64,000 bases of DNA, taken from NCBI RefSeq assembly GCF_030028105.1, contig NC_092374.1, positions 188,388,638 to 188,452,637 on the forward strand. The letters run 5' to 3'. A program made the position numbers and the translations under genes. Of the stretch, positions 22,250 to 33,186 are shown piece by piece (the first letter of the stretch is position 1; each line of letters starts with the position of its first letter). Source of the DNA: Mobula birostris. Lineage: Eukaryota. Under the pieces are notes generated by a model. That model was not told the origin of the DNA, did not search any database, and was given only the letters and a program-made list of their open reading frames with translations.

Positions 22250-23010
22250 TTTACACATGCCATACAGCCTTAGAAATCACCAGGCTTACCTATAGCCCTC
22301 TATTTTACTAAACTCCATGTACGTATCCAAAAGTCTCTTAAAAGACCCTATCATATCCACCTCCACCACCGTTGCCGGCAGCCCATTCCACGCACTCACC
22401 ACTCTCCAAGTAAAAAACTTACCCCGCCATCTCCTCTATACCTACTCCCCAGCACCTTAAACCTGTGTCCTCTTGTGGCAACCATTTCAGACCTGGGAAA
22501 AAGCCTCTGACTATCCACACGATCAATGCCTCTCATCATGTTTACACCTCTATCTAAGAAAAGAGAAGCTGCATTGGAGGGGGTCCAGAGGAGGTTCATG
22601 AGAATGATCGAAAGTGTGAACACATGAGGGCCTGTACTCACTGGAATTCAAATGAATGAGGATGATCACATTGAATCTTATCGAATATTGAAAGGCCTAG
22701 CTAGACTGTATGTGGAGAGGATGTTTCCAATAGTGGGGCAATCTGAGGACAGGGGGCATAGAATTGAGGAACGTCCGTTTAGAAGAGAGATGAGGGTGGT
22801 GAATCTGCAAATTCATTGCCACAGAAGGCTGTGCAGGCCATGTCATTGGGTATATTTAAGGTGGAGGTTGATAGGTTCCTGATTAATCAAGGCATCAAAG
22901 GTTACGGTGAGAAGGCGGGAGAATGGGGTTGGGAGGGAGAATAAATCAGCATGATGGAATTGTGGAGCAGACCCGAGGGGCTGAATGGCCTAATCTTCTC
23001 CTATATCTTA
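22250..23010. mobile_element. CR1 3'-end fragments in opposite orientations
   Basis: RGIDRVDSQRLFP...RGHRFKV on minus; YRILKGL...RMFPIVG on plus. Confidence 0.75.
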
Positions 23011-23464
23011 TGATCTTTATTGTGTTTTCCTGAAGAACATTTGAGTCTCTGGCTATAACCGGTTTATTGCTCTTACATTTTACTCAGCCACCTTCTCCAT
23101 CTCTCCCTCCTTTAGGTATTTACTGGGCCCTGATTTTTCCTGAAGCTTGCTTCCCCAATACATCATTTCTATCGGCCCACTCTCTTCTCACTAAGGTGCT
23201 CGACTTCTCCCTTCTCCCCGGCGTCCTTGTGGCATTACTGTTGCCCGATGGGTTGGGTGTCTATGTGAAATCCACCCCCTCGCCTGCTCCCACTTGAGGT
23301 GTCCCGTGAAATGGAACTTTGCTTTCTAAAACCAATCCCTGTCACGTACCCCCTTCCCTATCCACTGATCCCAGTGCCAACAGGAACAATACTCTACAGG
23401 CCTTCATCATTTCCATAAATTAAAATAAGTTAATTAACTAAATTAATAAAAGTAAATCAGAGCG

Positions 23465-23715
23465 ACACACAGAAAATGCTGGAGGAATTCAGCAGGCCAG
23501 GCAGCATCTAGGAAAAGAGTACAGTCAACAGTTCGGGCTGAAACCCTTCTTCCAGGGATGCCTACTCTGAGGAAGTTTAAGTCCTCCAGTCCTGCTGAAG
23601 GGTTTCAGCCCGAAACGTCAACTGTACACTTTTTGACAGGTGCTGCCTGTCCTGCTGAGTTACTCCAGCATTTTGTGTCTGCTGCTCAGATTTCCAGCAT
23701 CTGCAGATTTTCTCT
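23465..23715. repeat. Inverted pair of hammerhead-bearing pseudo-LTR units
   Basis: Arms of ~100 bp around a ~40-bp spacer; same arrangement at ~41370-41570. Confidence 0.8.
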
Positions 23716-24729
23716 TGTTTGTCAACGTATATCAGAAACAGATTGAAACCAACAAAGCAGTCAAAAGAATCGAGGGGCTGTACTGCATACCACATGCTAA
23801 CAATCTTTGCATGTGCCACATTGGACACACACACACCATCTGTTCATCATCCCTGCCGTAGACATACATTACCTTTCACCCATGAAAAACCCTTTGCTTA
23901 CTCCAATCCCTATTTACTGGGCACAGGCTCTCCACCACCCCCCCCCCTTCAAATACAGTACTACTTCTTCTTCCATAGTTCCATCAACATTATTTCTACC
24001 TTTTCAGTGACATACAACTCCTGTTTGTTGCAGTCAATTCACATGTCTTACACTGAACACTGGGTAGGATTTTAGATGGTTCCTGAGGCCTACCCGAACC
24101 ACAGAAAGCCCAGGAGAACACTGACTGCACTCCCTCTCTGCGCTAATTCCCCCCTACCCCACCCCGATGTGACCCTGTGCACACCCAATTTCACAGGGGC
24201 TCCGTTACTAACACAAGAGGCGGACTCTCAGGCCTAAGCTCCCCCACCACCACTACCACTGTTCCAAGTAAATACCGGTTTAGTGATATATTCAATTTCC
24301 AGGCCCTCCAAATGGTGTATTGCTAACTCAGGTCACCGTGTTAATGTGTGTGCTGAGGTTTGCACTGGAGATTGGCTTAAGCAATGCAAAGGTATTGTGG
24401 GGACTTCCAGTAAACATCGTGGTACTGAGTTTTGTGTAAAAGCCTCTCAGATTCCTGAGAGTATCTACCCCTTTTACATAGTGTACTAACACTGCAAATG
24501 TATGGAAAGATTATTTTATTGGACGGTGTTATGAACGTAGCATCTCCATAGGCAGCACACTAGAGTGGCGGTTAGCCTAACGCTTTACAACGCTAGCAAT
24601 CGTGATTGGGGTTCAATTCCTGCCACTGTCTATAGGAGTCTGTGTTTTCCCTGTGACTGCACAGATTTCATCCCGATGCTCCAGTTTCCTCCCACAATCT
24701 GAAGACGTATGGGTCAGGGTTAGTGAGTT

Positions 24730-27330
24730 GTGGAACTAGAGAGGAAGTACACAGGTTGGAGAACCTTGAAAGCCTTCTTTGATTCCCCGGTTCACTGGTG
24801 GGAAGCTACCAAGGAGACCATTAAGAGGTTTTTCATTCGCAAGGGTATCCGGAAGGCAAGACAGGAGCAGAGGGAACTGCGTAAACTCCAGACAGAGTTG
24901 CAGCAACTTCTCCTTCTGCAGTCGAAGGGGGTGGATGTCAGGGAGGAACTGCGAGAGGTGAAGGGCCGGCAAGCCCAGCACCTCGCCACTGAATCCTCCA
25001 AGATCATCTTCCGATCAAGGGTCCGAACCGTGGAGCAGGACGAGACGTGCTCACGCTTCTTCTTCCAAAAGGTGCACAGGGGGAGCTCTGTGATCCACAA
25101 CCTTAAGGAAGAGGACGGCTCAGTCGCGTCCTCGCAGACCGACATACTGAGGATCTGCAAGTCCTTCTATGCCGGTCTGTACGACGAAAAGGCCACAGAA
25201 TCCACAGCCTCCCGCAACTTCCTGTCGTCTATCACGCAGGTCTTAGACGACAGCAAGCGGGAGAGTCTGGATCAGCCACTGACCCTGGACAATCTGACAG
25301 GCTCCATCCGTTCCTTTGGGTTGGGTAAGACTCCCAGAAGCGATGGCTTACCGGCTGAGTTGTACTCGGCTCTGTGGAACTGGATGGGCCCAGACCTGCT
25401 GGAAGTGTACAACGCTATGCTTCTGGCCGGCAGTATGTCAGAGTCCATGAGGAAGGGCATCATCACCCTCATCTACAAGCAGAAGGGGGAAAGGGAGGAC
25501 ATTAGAAATTGGAGACCCATCTCTCTCCTGAATGTGGATTATAAGATCCTGTCCAAGGCTATCGCCAACAGGGTCAGGTCTGCTCTGGGACAGGTGATCC
25601 ACCCGGACCAAACCTGTGCTGTACCGGGCAGGAAGATCTCAGACAGCCTCACGCTGCTGAGAGATACCATCGCCTACGTGCAGGACAGGGGGGTGGACGC
25701 CTGCCTGGTCAGCTTGGACCAGGAGAAAGCCTTCGACAGGATATCGCATACGTACATGGCGGACGTGATCTCCAAAATGGGATTTGGGGAGGGAATCCGG
25801 AATTGGATTAGACTGCTCTACGCAGACATCCGTAGTGCAATCCAGGTGAACGGGTGGGAAACAGACAGCTTCCCCATCAGGTCTGGAGTCAGGCAGGGCT
25901 GTCCCTTCTCCCCTGTCTTGTTTGTCTGCTGCATAGAACCCTTTGCGGAAGCCATCAGGAGGGATGAGGGCATAAGAGGGGTGACGCTGCCAGGCAGTGG
26001 AGGGACCCAAGTGAAAACCTCCCTGTACATGGATGACGTCACCGTCTTCTGCTCTGATCCGAGGTCAGTTCGCAGGTTGATTGGCACCTGCGAACAGTTT
26101 GAGCTAGCGTCAGGGGCCAGGGTCAACCGCACGAAGAGCGAAGCCATGCACTTCGGCAACTGGCCAGACCGATCCAGCATCCCCTTCACCATCAGGTCTG
26201 ACCACATGAAGGTGTTGGGGATCTGGTTCGGAGGGGCTGAGGCGTGCAACAAGAACTGGCAGGAGCGGACTGCCAAGGTGAAACAGAAACTGGGACTGTG
26301 GGGAGGGCACTCCCTGTCGATAACAGGCAAGAACCTGGTCATCAGGTGTGAGGTGCTCTCAAGGCTGCTGTACTTGGTGCAGGTCTGGCCCGTCCCCCAC
26401 TCCTACAGCTCTGAAATCACCCGGGCTGTCTTCAGATTCGTCTGGGGATCCAAGATGGAGCGGGTGAGATGGACCGCCATGCACAAGTCCCTGGACAACG
26501 GGGGCAAGAACGTCCCCAATGTCGCCCTCACCCTGATGGCCAGCTTCGTATGTGGCTACATCAGGTTGTGTGTAGAACCCAGGTATGTGGGCACCAAGTA
26601 CCACTATGTGCCCAGGCTACGAAGGATGGGTCTGGCCCCACTCCCGCGCAATGCCCCAGTCAGCTGGTCGTTGCCGGCATACCTGTCCTACGTAGCAAAG
26701 TTCTTCCAAGAGAACGCCTTTGACCACAGGGCCATCAGGCAGTGGTCGGCACGTAATGTCCTGCCGGCACTGCAGGAGAAGGACACAGTGGGGTGGTTCC
26801 CTGAGCAGACTATCCAGTTCATCTGGCAAAATGCCTCATCGCCAGATCTCACCAACAGGCACCAAGACCTCGCCTGGCTGGCGGTGAGAGGGGCCCTCCC
26901 AGTCAGAGCCCTCCTGTACACCCAGAACGTCATCTCCGCACCCCACTGCCCACGGGAGGACTGCAGTGAGGAGGAGTCTGTGACCCACCTCTTTGCACAC
27001 TGCCAGTTCGCAAAGAGGGTGTGGAGGAGGATGGACGGGCTCGTGTCACGTTTTATCCCAAGCAGCTGCGTAACAGAGCACTCTCTGATCTACGGGCTGT
27101 TCCCGGGGACGCACACGGAGACCAACATCCGGTGCTGCTGGCAGATCATCAACTCGGTGAAAGACACTCTTTGGTCGGCCCGAAACTTGATGATCTACCA
27201 GCACATGGAGATGTCCGTGGGAGAATGCTGCCGACTGGCACATTCTAGGCTGCAGGAGTACGTGCTGAGGGACGCACTGAAACTCGGTGCAGCCACTGCA
27301 AGGGCCCGGTGGGAAAGGACCACGGTGTAG
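24730..27330 (+). CDS. Tx1-like ORF2 remainder (RT + CCHC), 866 codons open, with two small in-frame deletions relative to copy 1
   Basis: Same motifs as copy 1; YLSPW-region and VM residues are missing. Confidence 0.9.
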   Translation: MELERKYTGWRTLKAFFDSPVHWWEATKETIKRFFIRKGIRKARQEQRELRKLQTELQQLLLLQSKGVDVREELREVKGRQAQHLATESSKIIFRSRVRTVEQDETCSRFFFQKVHRGSSVIHNLKEEDGSVASSQTDILRICKSFYAGLYDEKATESTASRNFLSSITQVLDDSKRESLDQPLTLDNLTGSIRSFGLGKTPRSDGLPAELYSALWNWMGPDLLEVYNAMLLAGSMSESMRKGIITLIYKQKGEREDIRNWRPISLLNVDYKILSKAIANRVRSALGQVIHPDQTCAVPGRKISDSLTLLRDTIAYVQDRGVDACLVSLDQEKAFDRISHTYMADVISKMGFGEGIRNWIRLLYADIRSAIQVNGWETDSFPIRSGVRQGCPFSPVLFVCCIEPFAEAIRRDEGIRGVTLPGSGGTQVKTSLYMDDVTVFCSDPRSVRRLIGTCEQFELASGARVNRTKSEAMHFGNWPDRSSIPFTIRSDHMKVLGIWFGGAEACNKNWQERTAKVKQKLGLWGGHSLSITGKNLVIRCEVLSRLLYLVQVWPVPHSYSSEITRAVFRFVWGSKMERVRWTAMHKSLDNGGKNVPNVALTLMASFVCGYIRLCVEPRYVGTKYHYVPRLRRMGLAPLPRNAPVSWSLPAYLSYVAKFFQENAFDHRAIRQWSARNVLPALQEKDTVGWFPEQTIQFIWQNASSPDLTNRHQDLAWLAVRGALPVRALLYTQNVISAPHCPREDCSEEESVTHLFAHCQFAKRVWRRMDGLVSRFIPSSCVTEHSLIYGLFPGTHTETNIRCCWQIINSVKDTLWSARNLMIYQHMEMSVGECCRLAHSRLQEYVLRDALKLGAATARARWERTTV

Positions 27331-27537
27331 GGTTCTTCACCCACGGGAATGGGAGGGGTCGGGGAGTATACCCCTCAACAATGATATGGTAAGCTGAGCT
27401 ACTGGAGTGCCACATGGTGGCTATAAATACGGATATGTACTGACTATAATGGAAACGTATGTAAAAGGATGGAAAGTTATTGAATGGTTTATTGTATATA
27501 TTTATTTTTGAATAAAGTAAATTTTGAAATAAAAAAA
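24734..27537 (+). mobile_element. 5'-truncated Tx1-clade LINE, copy 2
   Basis: Closely similar to copy 1; A-tail; TSD AGTGAGTTGTGG (24722-24733 and 27538-27549). Confidence 0.95.
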
Positions 27538-27689
27538 AGTGAGTTGTGGGTAAGCTATGTTGGTGCTGGACATTTGCAGACTGCCCCCAGCACAACCTCA
27601 GACTCTGTTGGTCATTGAAGCAAGCAACACATTTTTGATGTTTCAATATCGATGTGACAAATAAAGCTAATCTTTTTAATCCTATTTGA

Positions 27690-28330
27690 ATCACTAAGAC
27701 AAACAAGTTGGTGGTGGACTTCTGAAGGTGAAAACACCCTGCATTCCCATCTCCATCAAGGGAACAGATGTGGAATTCGTCCGGGACTACGGATACCTGG
27801 GAACTCACCTGGACAATAAACTGGACTGGACTAAAAATACAGAGGCTCTGTACAAGAAGGGACAGAGCTGACTAGTTCCAGAGGAGGCTCTGCTCATTCA
27901 GCTGTGCGGCAGATGTTCTACGACACAGTGGAGGGCAGCAGGGGTGAGAGCAACTGACGCCAAGATCATCAATAAGCTGGAAGGCTGGTTCTGTTCTGGG
28001 GGTGGAACTGGATTCCTCAGTGGTTGTGCCTGAGAGGAGGATGCTGCAGATGCTATGGAGCATTACGGACAATCCCTCTCACCCCCTCCGTGAAGCACTG
28101 GACAGGGAGAGGAGGACCTTTAGTAACGGACTGATTCCAGTGAGGTGAACCACTGAACGTCACAGGAGATCCTTTCTCTCTGTGACTATGAGACTCTACA
28201 ACTCCTCCTCAAGCACATGGTTTCATTGCACATCTGTATTTTACACTATTACTTTTTAATGTACATTTTGTATTTATTTGTACCTCAATGCTTACATTTT
28301 GTATTTTAAAGAATAAATGTCTGACTGAGT
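27690..28330 (+). mobile_element. Rex1/Babar LINE 3' fragment
   Basis: YLGTHLDNKLDWTKNTEALYKKGQS-like translation. Confidence 0.7.
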
Positions 28331-28984
28331 AACCTTGCAACAATAATTTCCTTTGGGGTAAATAAATAGTTATATTTTATTTAATTCTTTACCGTTTTTG
28401 ATTTATTTTTTTGAGATAAAAATTGCACAAAAACTGAAATCAGCTATTAGAAGGAGTGCATGGAAAGAGCCTGTTTAATGTCCTGGTACCACTGAACACG
28501 GAGGCACTGTGGCCTGTGGAGCAGCTTGCCAAACACTTCACAGCTGGAGGGAACATAAGTGGTGTTGATGCTTTGTGAGAAAAAGTTTTCTCTATTTAAA
28601 CTGATAGTTAAAAATGTCTCAATTCTACTGACAGTATAAATACTATGTATAAAGTATATGTTTTTGAAAAAGAAGCATGTTCAAGAGATAAAAAAAATAG
28701 GGAGAGAAAAGAACAGTTCTTGTAATGAAAATATTTTAAAATTTGTTTTGTGTTCTTTTCTGATTCAGCAAGGGCATTCAAAAATATATTTGCAAACAAA
28801 GCAAGCAGCATACACGTGTTAAAGGGCAAGAGAAATTGCTTTATTACAGTCATATACAATACAAAAGGAAGACAATCGATTAATAACTTACTGGTACAAA
28901 GAAAAGCAGAATAATACTCATCATCCACTTAATACAATCCCAGTGGCCGACTACTGATCCAACAGCCTCTCACGCAAAGCGCGT

Positions 28985-28997
28985 ATACACACACACA

Positions 28998-29032
<35 letters not shown>
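28985..29032. repeat. (CA)n microsatellite
   Basis: Direct observation. Confidence 0.97.
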
Positions 29033-29037
<5 letters not shown>

Positions 29038-29588
29038 ACTCTTCACCAGCAATGCTGGAAATCCAAAGCAACACACACAAAATGCTGGAGGAACTCAGCA
29101 GGCCAGGAAGCAGCACCTATGTAATTGAATAAATAATTGACGTTTTGGGCCGCAGCAGGTTCGTAGGTGAAGTGTTGCCTCACCTGGGAGGGCTGTTTGG
29201 AACCCTGAATGGAGGTGAGGGAGGAGGTGAATGGGCAGGTGTAGCACTTTGGGGAGGGGAGGAACAGATGGATGTGTGTTCATGGACTCTTCATTGTACT
29301 TCAACAGCAAATTTAACTCTCTCCTTACAGGGCTGACTGCTGGGGGAGTCCTTTTGTGCCTCTTCCCACAAAGAACCTGGAATAAAGCTTCTGCTGCTGA
29401 TAATCTCTTGACAATCTGGCAGAGATTTTAACATTCCCAGTCAGGAGCCAATGGACTGGAAATTATGCCATGTTGCTTTTTCGGAAGCCCAAGTCCTGAG
29501 TTGGGAGCGATAGGATCGAAATGTTCGGTCACACCAGATAGTGTTTTTCCAAGGCAATGGCATCCAACAGCAGACTGTTCAGCCCTTT

Positions 29589-29657
29589 CTAATTGGAATG
29601 TACAGATCCAGCATCTTCTGTGGTAAAGGTTGTGAAACTCTGCAGTTCTTCAACATT
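29589..29657 (-). CDS. Candidate terminal coding exon of the IgV-5TM gene (phase 0: NVEELQSFTTFTTEDAGSVHSN*; phase 1: EC*)
   Basis: Strong acceptor tttcactttctgtgttttcag; AT-rich putative 3' UTR follows, with AATAAA at 28840-28845 and 28402-28407. Confidence 0.55.
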   Translation of the reverse strand, partial: NVEELQSFTTFTTEDAGSVHSN

Positions 29658-30277
29658 CTGAAAACACAGAAAGTGAAATTGTAAAATGCAGAAACTGATT
29701 AGCTTCACGTTCCAGGGTGTCAGTAATTCTGAGGATCTATCCTTGACCTAACACATTGGTGCAATCACAAAGAAGGCAGGTCAGTGGCTATACTTCATTA
29801 GGAGTCTGTGGAGATTTAGTACATCACCAAAGGCTCTAGCAAATTTCAACAGGTGTACCGGGGAGAATATTCTGCCTGGTTGCATTGCCGTCTGGAGTGG
29901 GGGTGCCAATGGATGTGATCAGAAAAGGCTGTCGTACATCATAAACTCAATCAGTTCCATCATGGGCACTAGCTACCCCATCAGAGGACAACTTCAATAA
30001 GCGATGCTTCAAGAAGTTGGCTGAGGTCCACCACCACCACCCAGGACATGCCCTCTTCTCATTGGGACCATCAGGGAGGAGGTGCAGGAGCATGAAGACA
30101 CACACTTACATCTTAGGAACAACTTCCTTCCCTCTGCCATCAAATTTCTGAACAGGCCACAAACCCGTGACCTCACTTTCTACATTACTTAATTATTTTT
30201 TATATTTCTTATTGTCACTTTTATGATTTTTTTTAATGTCTTGCACTACTGCTGAAAAAGAACGAATTCCTCAAGAC

Positions 30278-30820
30278 ACACTTAGCAGCCTCTTTATAGG
30301 GTACCTCCTGTACCAAATAAAATAGTCACTGAGTATGTTCATGGTACCCCACCCACTTCAAGATTTTAACATGGTCTGCAATCAGAGGTGCTCTTCTACA
30401 CACCACTGTTGTCATATGTGGTTATCTGAGTTGCTGTTGCCTTTCTGTCAGCTTGACATTCTCCCCTGACCTCTCTCATTAACAAGGCATTTATGGCTAC
30501 AGAACTGCCGCTCACTGGATGCTGTTTTTTTTTTTTGCATACCATTCTCTTTAAAATCTAGATAATGTGTGTGAAAATCCCAGGAGATCAGCAGTTTCTG
30601 TGATACTCAATCCACCCCATCTGGCACCGACAGTCATTCCACAAAGTCACATAGATCACATTTCTTCCCCCATTCCGATGTTCAGTCTGAACAGTAAATA
30701 AACTTCTCGACCATGTCTGCATGCTTTTATACGTTGAGTTGCTACCACAGGACTGGCTGATTAGATATTTGATTAACAAGCAGTAGTACAGGCATACATA
30801 ATAAAGTGGCCACTGAGTGC
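30278..30820. mobile_element. Non-autonomous Tc1-type MITE (~540 bp)
   Basis: Degenerate TIRs CACTCAGTGGCCACTTTATT / AATAAAGTGGCCACTGAGTG; another TIR copy at ~38713. Confidence 0.6.
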
Positions 30821-30955
30821 ACGTCATTGATTCTGATTCTAATTCTGAGAGTAAGTGAAGGAGGGAGATATGAAAGCACAGAAGACCAAAGCAACATCTA
30901 TTTACAAACTGAGAGACTGTGAAAGAAGGTCAAGATGGTAGTACATCTCTGTTAC

Positions 30956-30985
30956 CTTCATAGACAACGTGTTCAGACACAGGAG
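30956..30985 (-). CDS. Candidate 30-nt cytoplasmic exon (phase 1: SPVSEHVVYE)
   Basis: ttctcccactgtctacacag| ... GAAG|gtaaca. Confidence 0.5.
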
Positions 30986-31451
30986 CTGTGTAGACAGTGG
31001 GAGAATCCGTGCAGTACTGTGCAAAAGTCTTAGGCACATATGAAGACCTTTGCACAGACTGTACTTATCAATGTGGAGAGCAGGTTTGTAAATCTGGCAG
31101 GAGCAAAGAATATTGGGAATGGTGAGGATGGAGTGCTGCAGGAGGGGTGTGGAACAGGTGGGAGAGAAGGAATGCCAGGGCTGGTGGGAGGGTGGCCCAG
31201 GTGCAGACACACCATTCGCCAAGACACCAGCAAGGTCATTTGATTCCAAACAATTGGTTTATTGATCTCTGGTGCTTCCCGCTCCCTCCCCTCTTCCTTC
31301 CCCTTTTCCCAACCATGATTCCCCTCTCCCTGCCTCCTTCCCACTTTCAGTCGACAATCGAGACCCAAATCAGAATCAGGTTTATCATCACTCACGTCAT
31401 AAAATTTGTTTTTTTTTGTACCAGAGTGCAGTGCAAAACATATTATATATA

Positions 31452-32907
31452 CAGTGCCTGTAAAAAGTATTCACTCCCTTGGAAGTTTTTATGTTTTATT
31501 GTTTTACAACATTGACACACTAAATCATCACTGGTACAGCCAATTGGTTTTAGAAGTTACATAATTAGTTGAATAGAAATCTGTTTTTGGAGACCTGAGT
31601 GCAGTCAAGGCATTTCAATTGATTGCAGTAAAAATGTACCTGTATCTGGAAGGTCCTACTGCTAGTGAGTCAGTGCCCTGGCAAAAACTATACCATGAAG
31701 ACAAAAGAACACTCCAAGCAGCTCCGCAAAAAGGTTATTGAACAGCATAAATCAGGAGATGGATACAGGAAAATTTCCAAGACACTGAATATCCCTTGGA
31801 GTACAGCTGCCAATCATCAAGAAATGGAAAGAATATGGCACAGTTGTAAATCTGCCTGGAGCAGGGCACTCACTGAGTGACCGTACAATAAGGGTCTAGT
31901 GAGGGAAGCCACCAAGAGACCTATGACAACTCTGAAGGAGTTACAAGCTTCAGTGGCTGAGATGGGAGAGACTGCACATACAACGACTGTTGCCCAGGTG
32001 CTTCACCAGTCACACCTTCATGGGAGAGTGGCAAAGAGAAAGCCACCGTTAAAAAACCTCACATGAAATCTCAGCTAATGTTTGCCAGAAGGGATGTGGG
32101 AGACTCTGAAGTCAGCTGGTCTAATGAAACCAAAATTGAATTTTTTGGCCATCACACTAAATGCTACATTTGGCATAAGCCAAACACCTCACATCATCAA
32201 AAGCACACCATCTCTACCATGAAGCATGGTGGTGGCTGCATCATGCTGTGGGGATGCTTCATTGCAGCAGGTCCTGGAAGGACTGTGAAAGTAGAGGGTA
32301 AAATGAATGCAGCAAAATACAGGGAAATCCTAGAGGAAACCGTGATGCAATCTGTAAGAGAACTGAGACTTGGGAGATTTGTTTTCCAGCAAGAAAATCA
32401 CTTCAAGCATAAAGCCAAAGCTTCACGGGAATGGCTTAAAAACAACAAAGTTAATGTCCTGGAATGGCCAAGTCAGAATCCAGACCTCAAGCCAATTGAG
32501 ATTTTGTGGCTGGACTTGAAAAGCATTGTTCACTCACAATCCACATGCAATCTGATAGAGCTTGTGCAGCTCCGTAAAGAATGGAGAAAAACTGCAGTGT
32601 CCAGATGTGCAAAGCTGACAGAGACCTATCCACACAGACTCAAGGCTATAATTGCTGCCAAAGGTGCATCTACTAAATACTGACATGAAGGGGGTGAATA
32701 CTTACACAATCAATTATTTTGTGTTTTATATTTGTAATTAATTTAGATCACTTTATACAGGTCTGTTTTCACTTTAACACAAAAAAGTCTTTTTTTGTTG
32801 ATCAGTGTCAAAAAAGGCAAATTAAATCCACTGTGATTCAATGCTGTAAAACAATAAAACATGAAAATTTCCAAGGGGGGTGGGGTGAATACTTTTTATA
32901 GGCACTA
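31452..32907 (+). mobile_element. Tc1/mariner DNA transposon, degenerate transposase
   Basis: TIR CAGTGCCTGTAAAAAGTATTCAC at both ends, TA flanks; WSNETK, KHGGGCIMLWGCF, WPSQNPDLKPIE motifs. Confidence 0.95.
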
Positions 32908-32924
32908 TATATGTTAATATTCAC

Positions 32925-32952
32925 AGTCCAGATTTGGCCTCTGAGGTAGTTT
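32925..32952 (-). CDS. Candidate 28-nt cytoplasmic exon (KLPQRPNLD)
   Basis: ctcacag| ... CT|gtgaat; phase 0 to 1 links the 38-nt and 30-nt exons; the splice sites are weaker. Confidence 0.4.
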
Positions 32953-33148
32953 CTGTGAGCGTGTCAGATATATGTGATTGGATTTGACTTAATATATTGG
33001 ATTGTGAGTATCAATGTCTGACTTGTATAAACAGAGTGGGAAGATTTCAGTGTGCACAAATTTGTAGCTGTGTGTCAATAATTTATAGCATATTAAATAA
33101 GCTCTACTGCATAAAATACATTCGCTGGAATTAATACGAACAAAATAC

Positions 33149-33186
33149 CTGTGGTCCTTTTTCATTAGTGTTGCTTTTATTTCTGC
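33149..33186 (-). CDS. 38-nt juxtamembrane cytoplasmic exon (CRNKSNTNEKGPQ)
   Basis: tattttcttcattatag| ... CAG|gtattt; in frame with the TM5 exon. Confidence 0.7.

Larger units (their letters stand above)
24550..27680 (+). mobile_element. tRNA-derived SINE split by Tx1 copy 2
   Basis: SINE head with GGTTCAATTCC at 24550-24733; SINE body resumes at 27550. Confidence 0.75.

Noticed and set aside
28608-28928. Hydrophobic 106-aa minus-strand ORF
   Set aside because: AT-rich low-complexity sequence without splice or domain support; more likely 3' UTR or intergenic.
31064-31093. Candidate 29-nt tail exon
   Set aside because: It introduces stops in the frames required by neighbouring exons.
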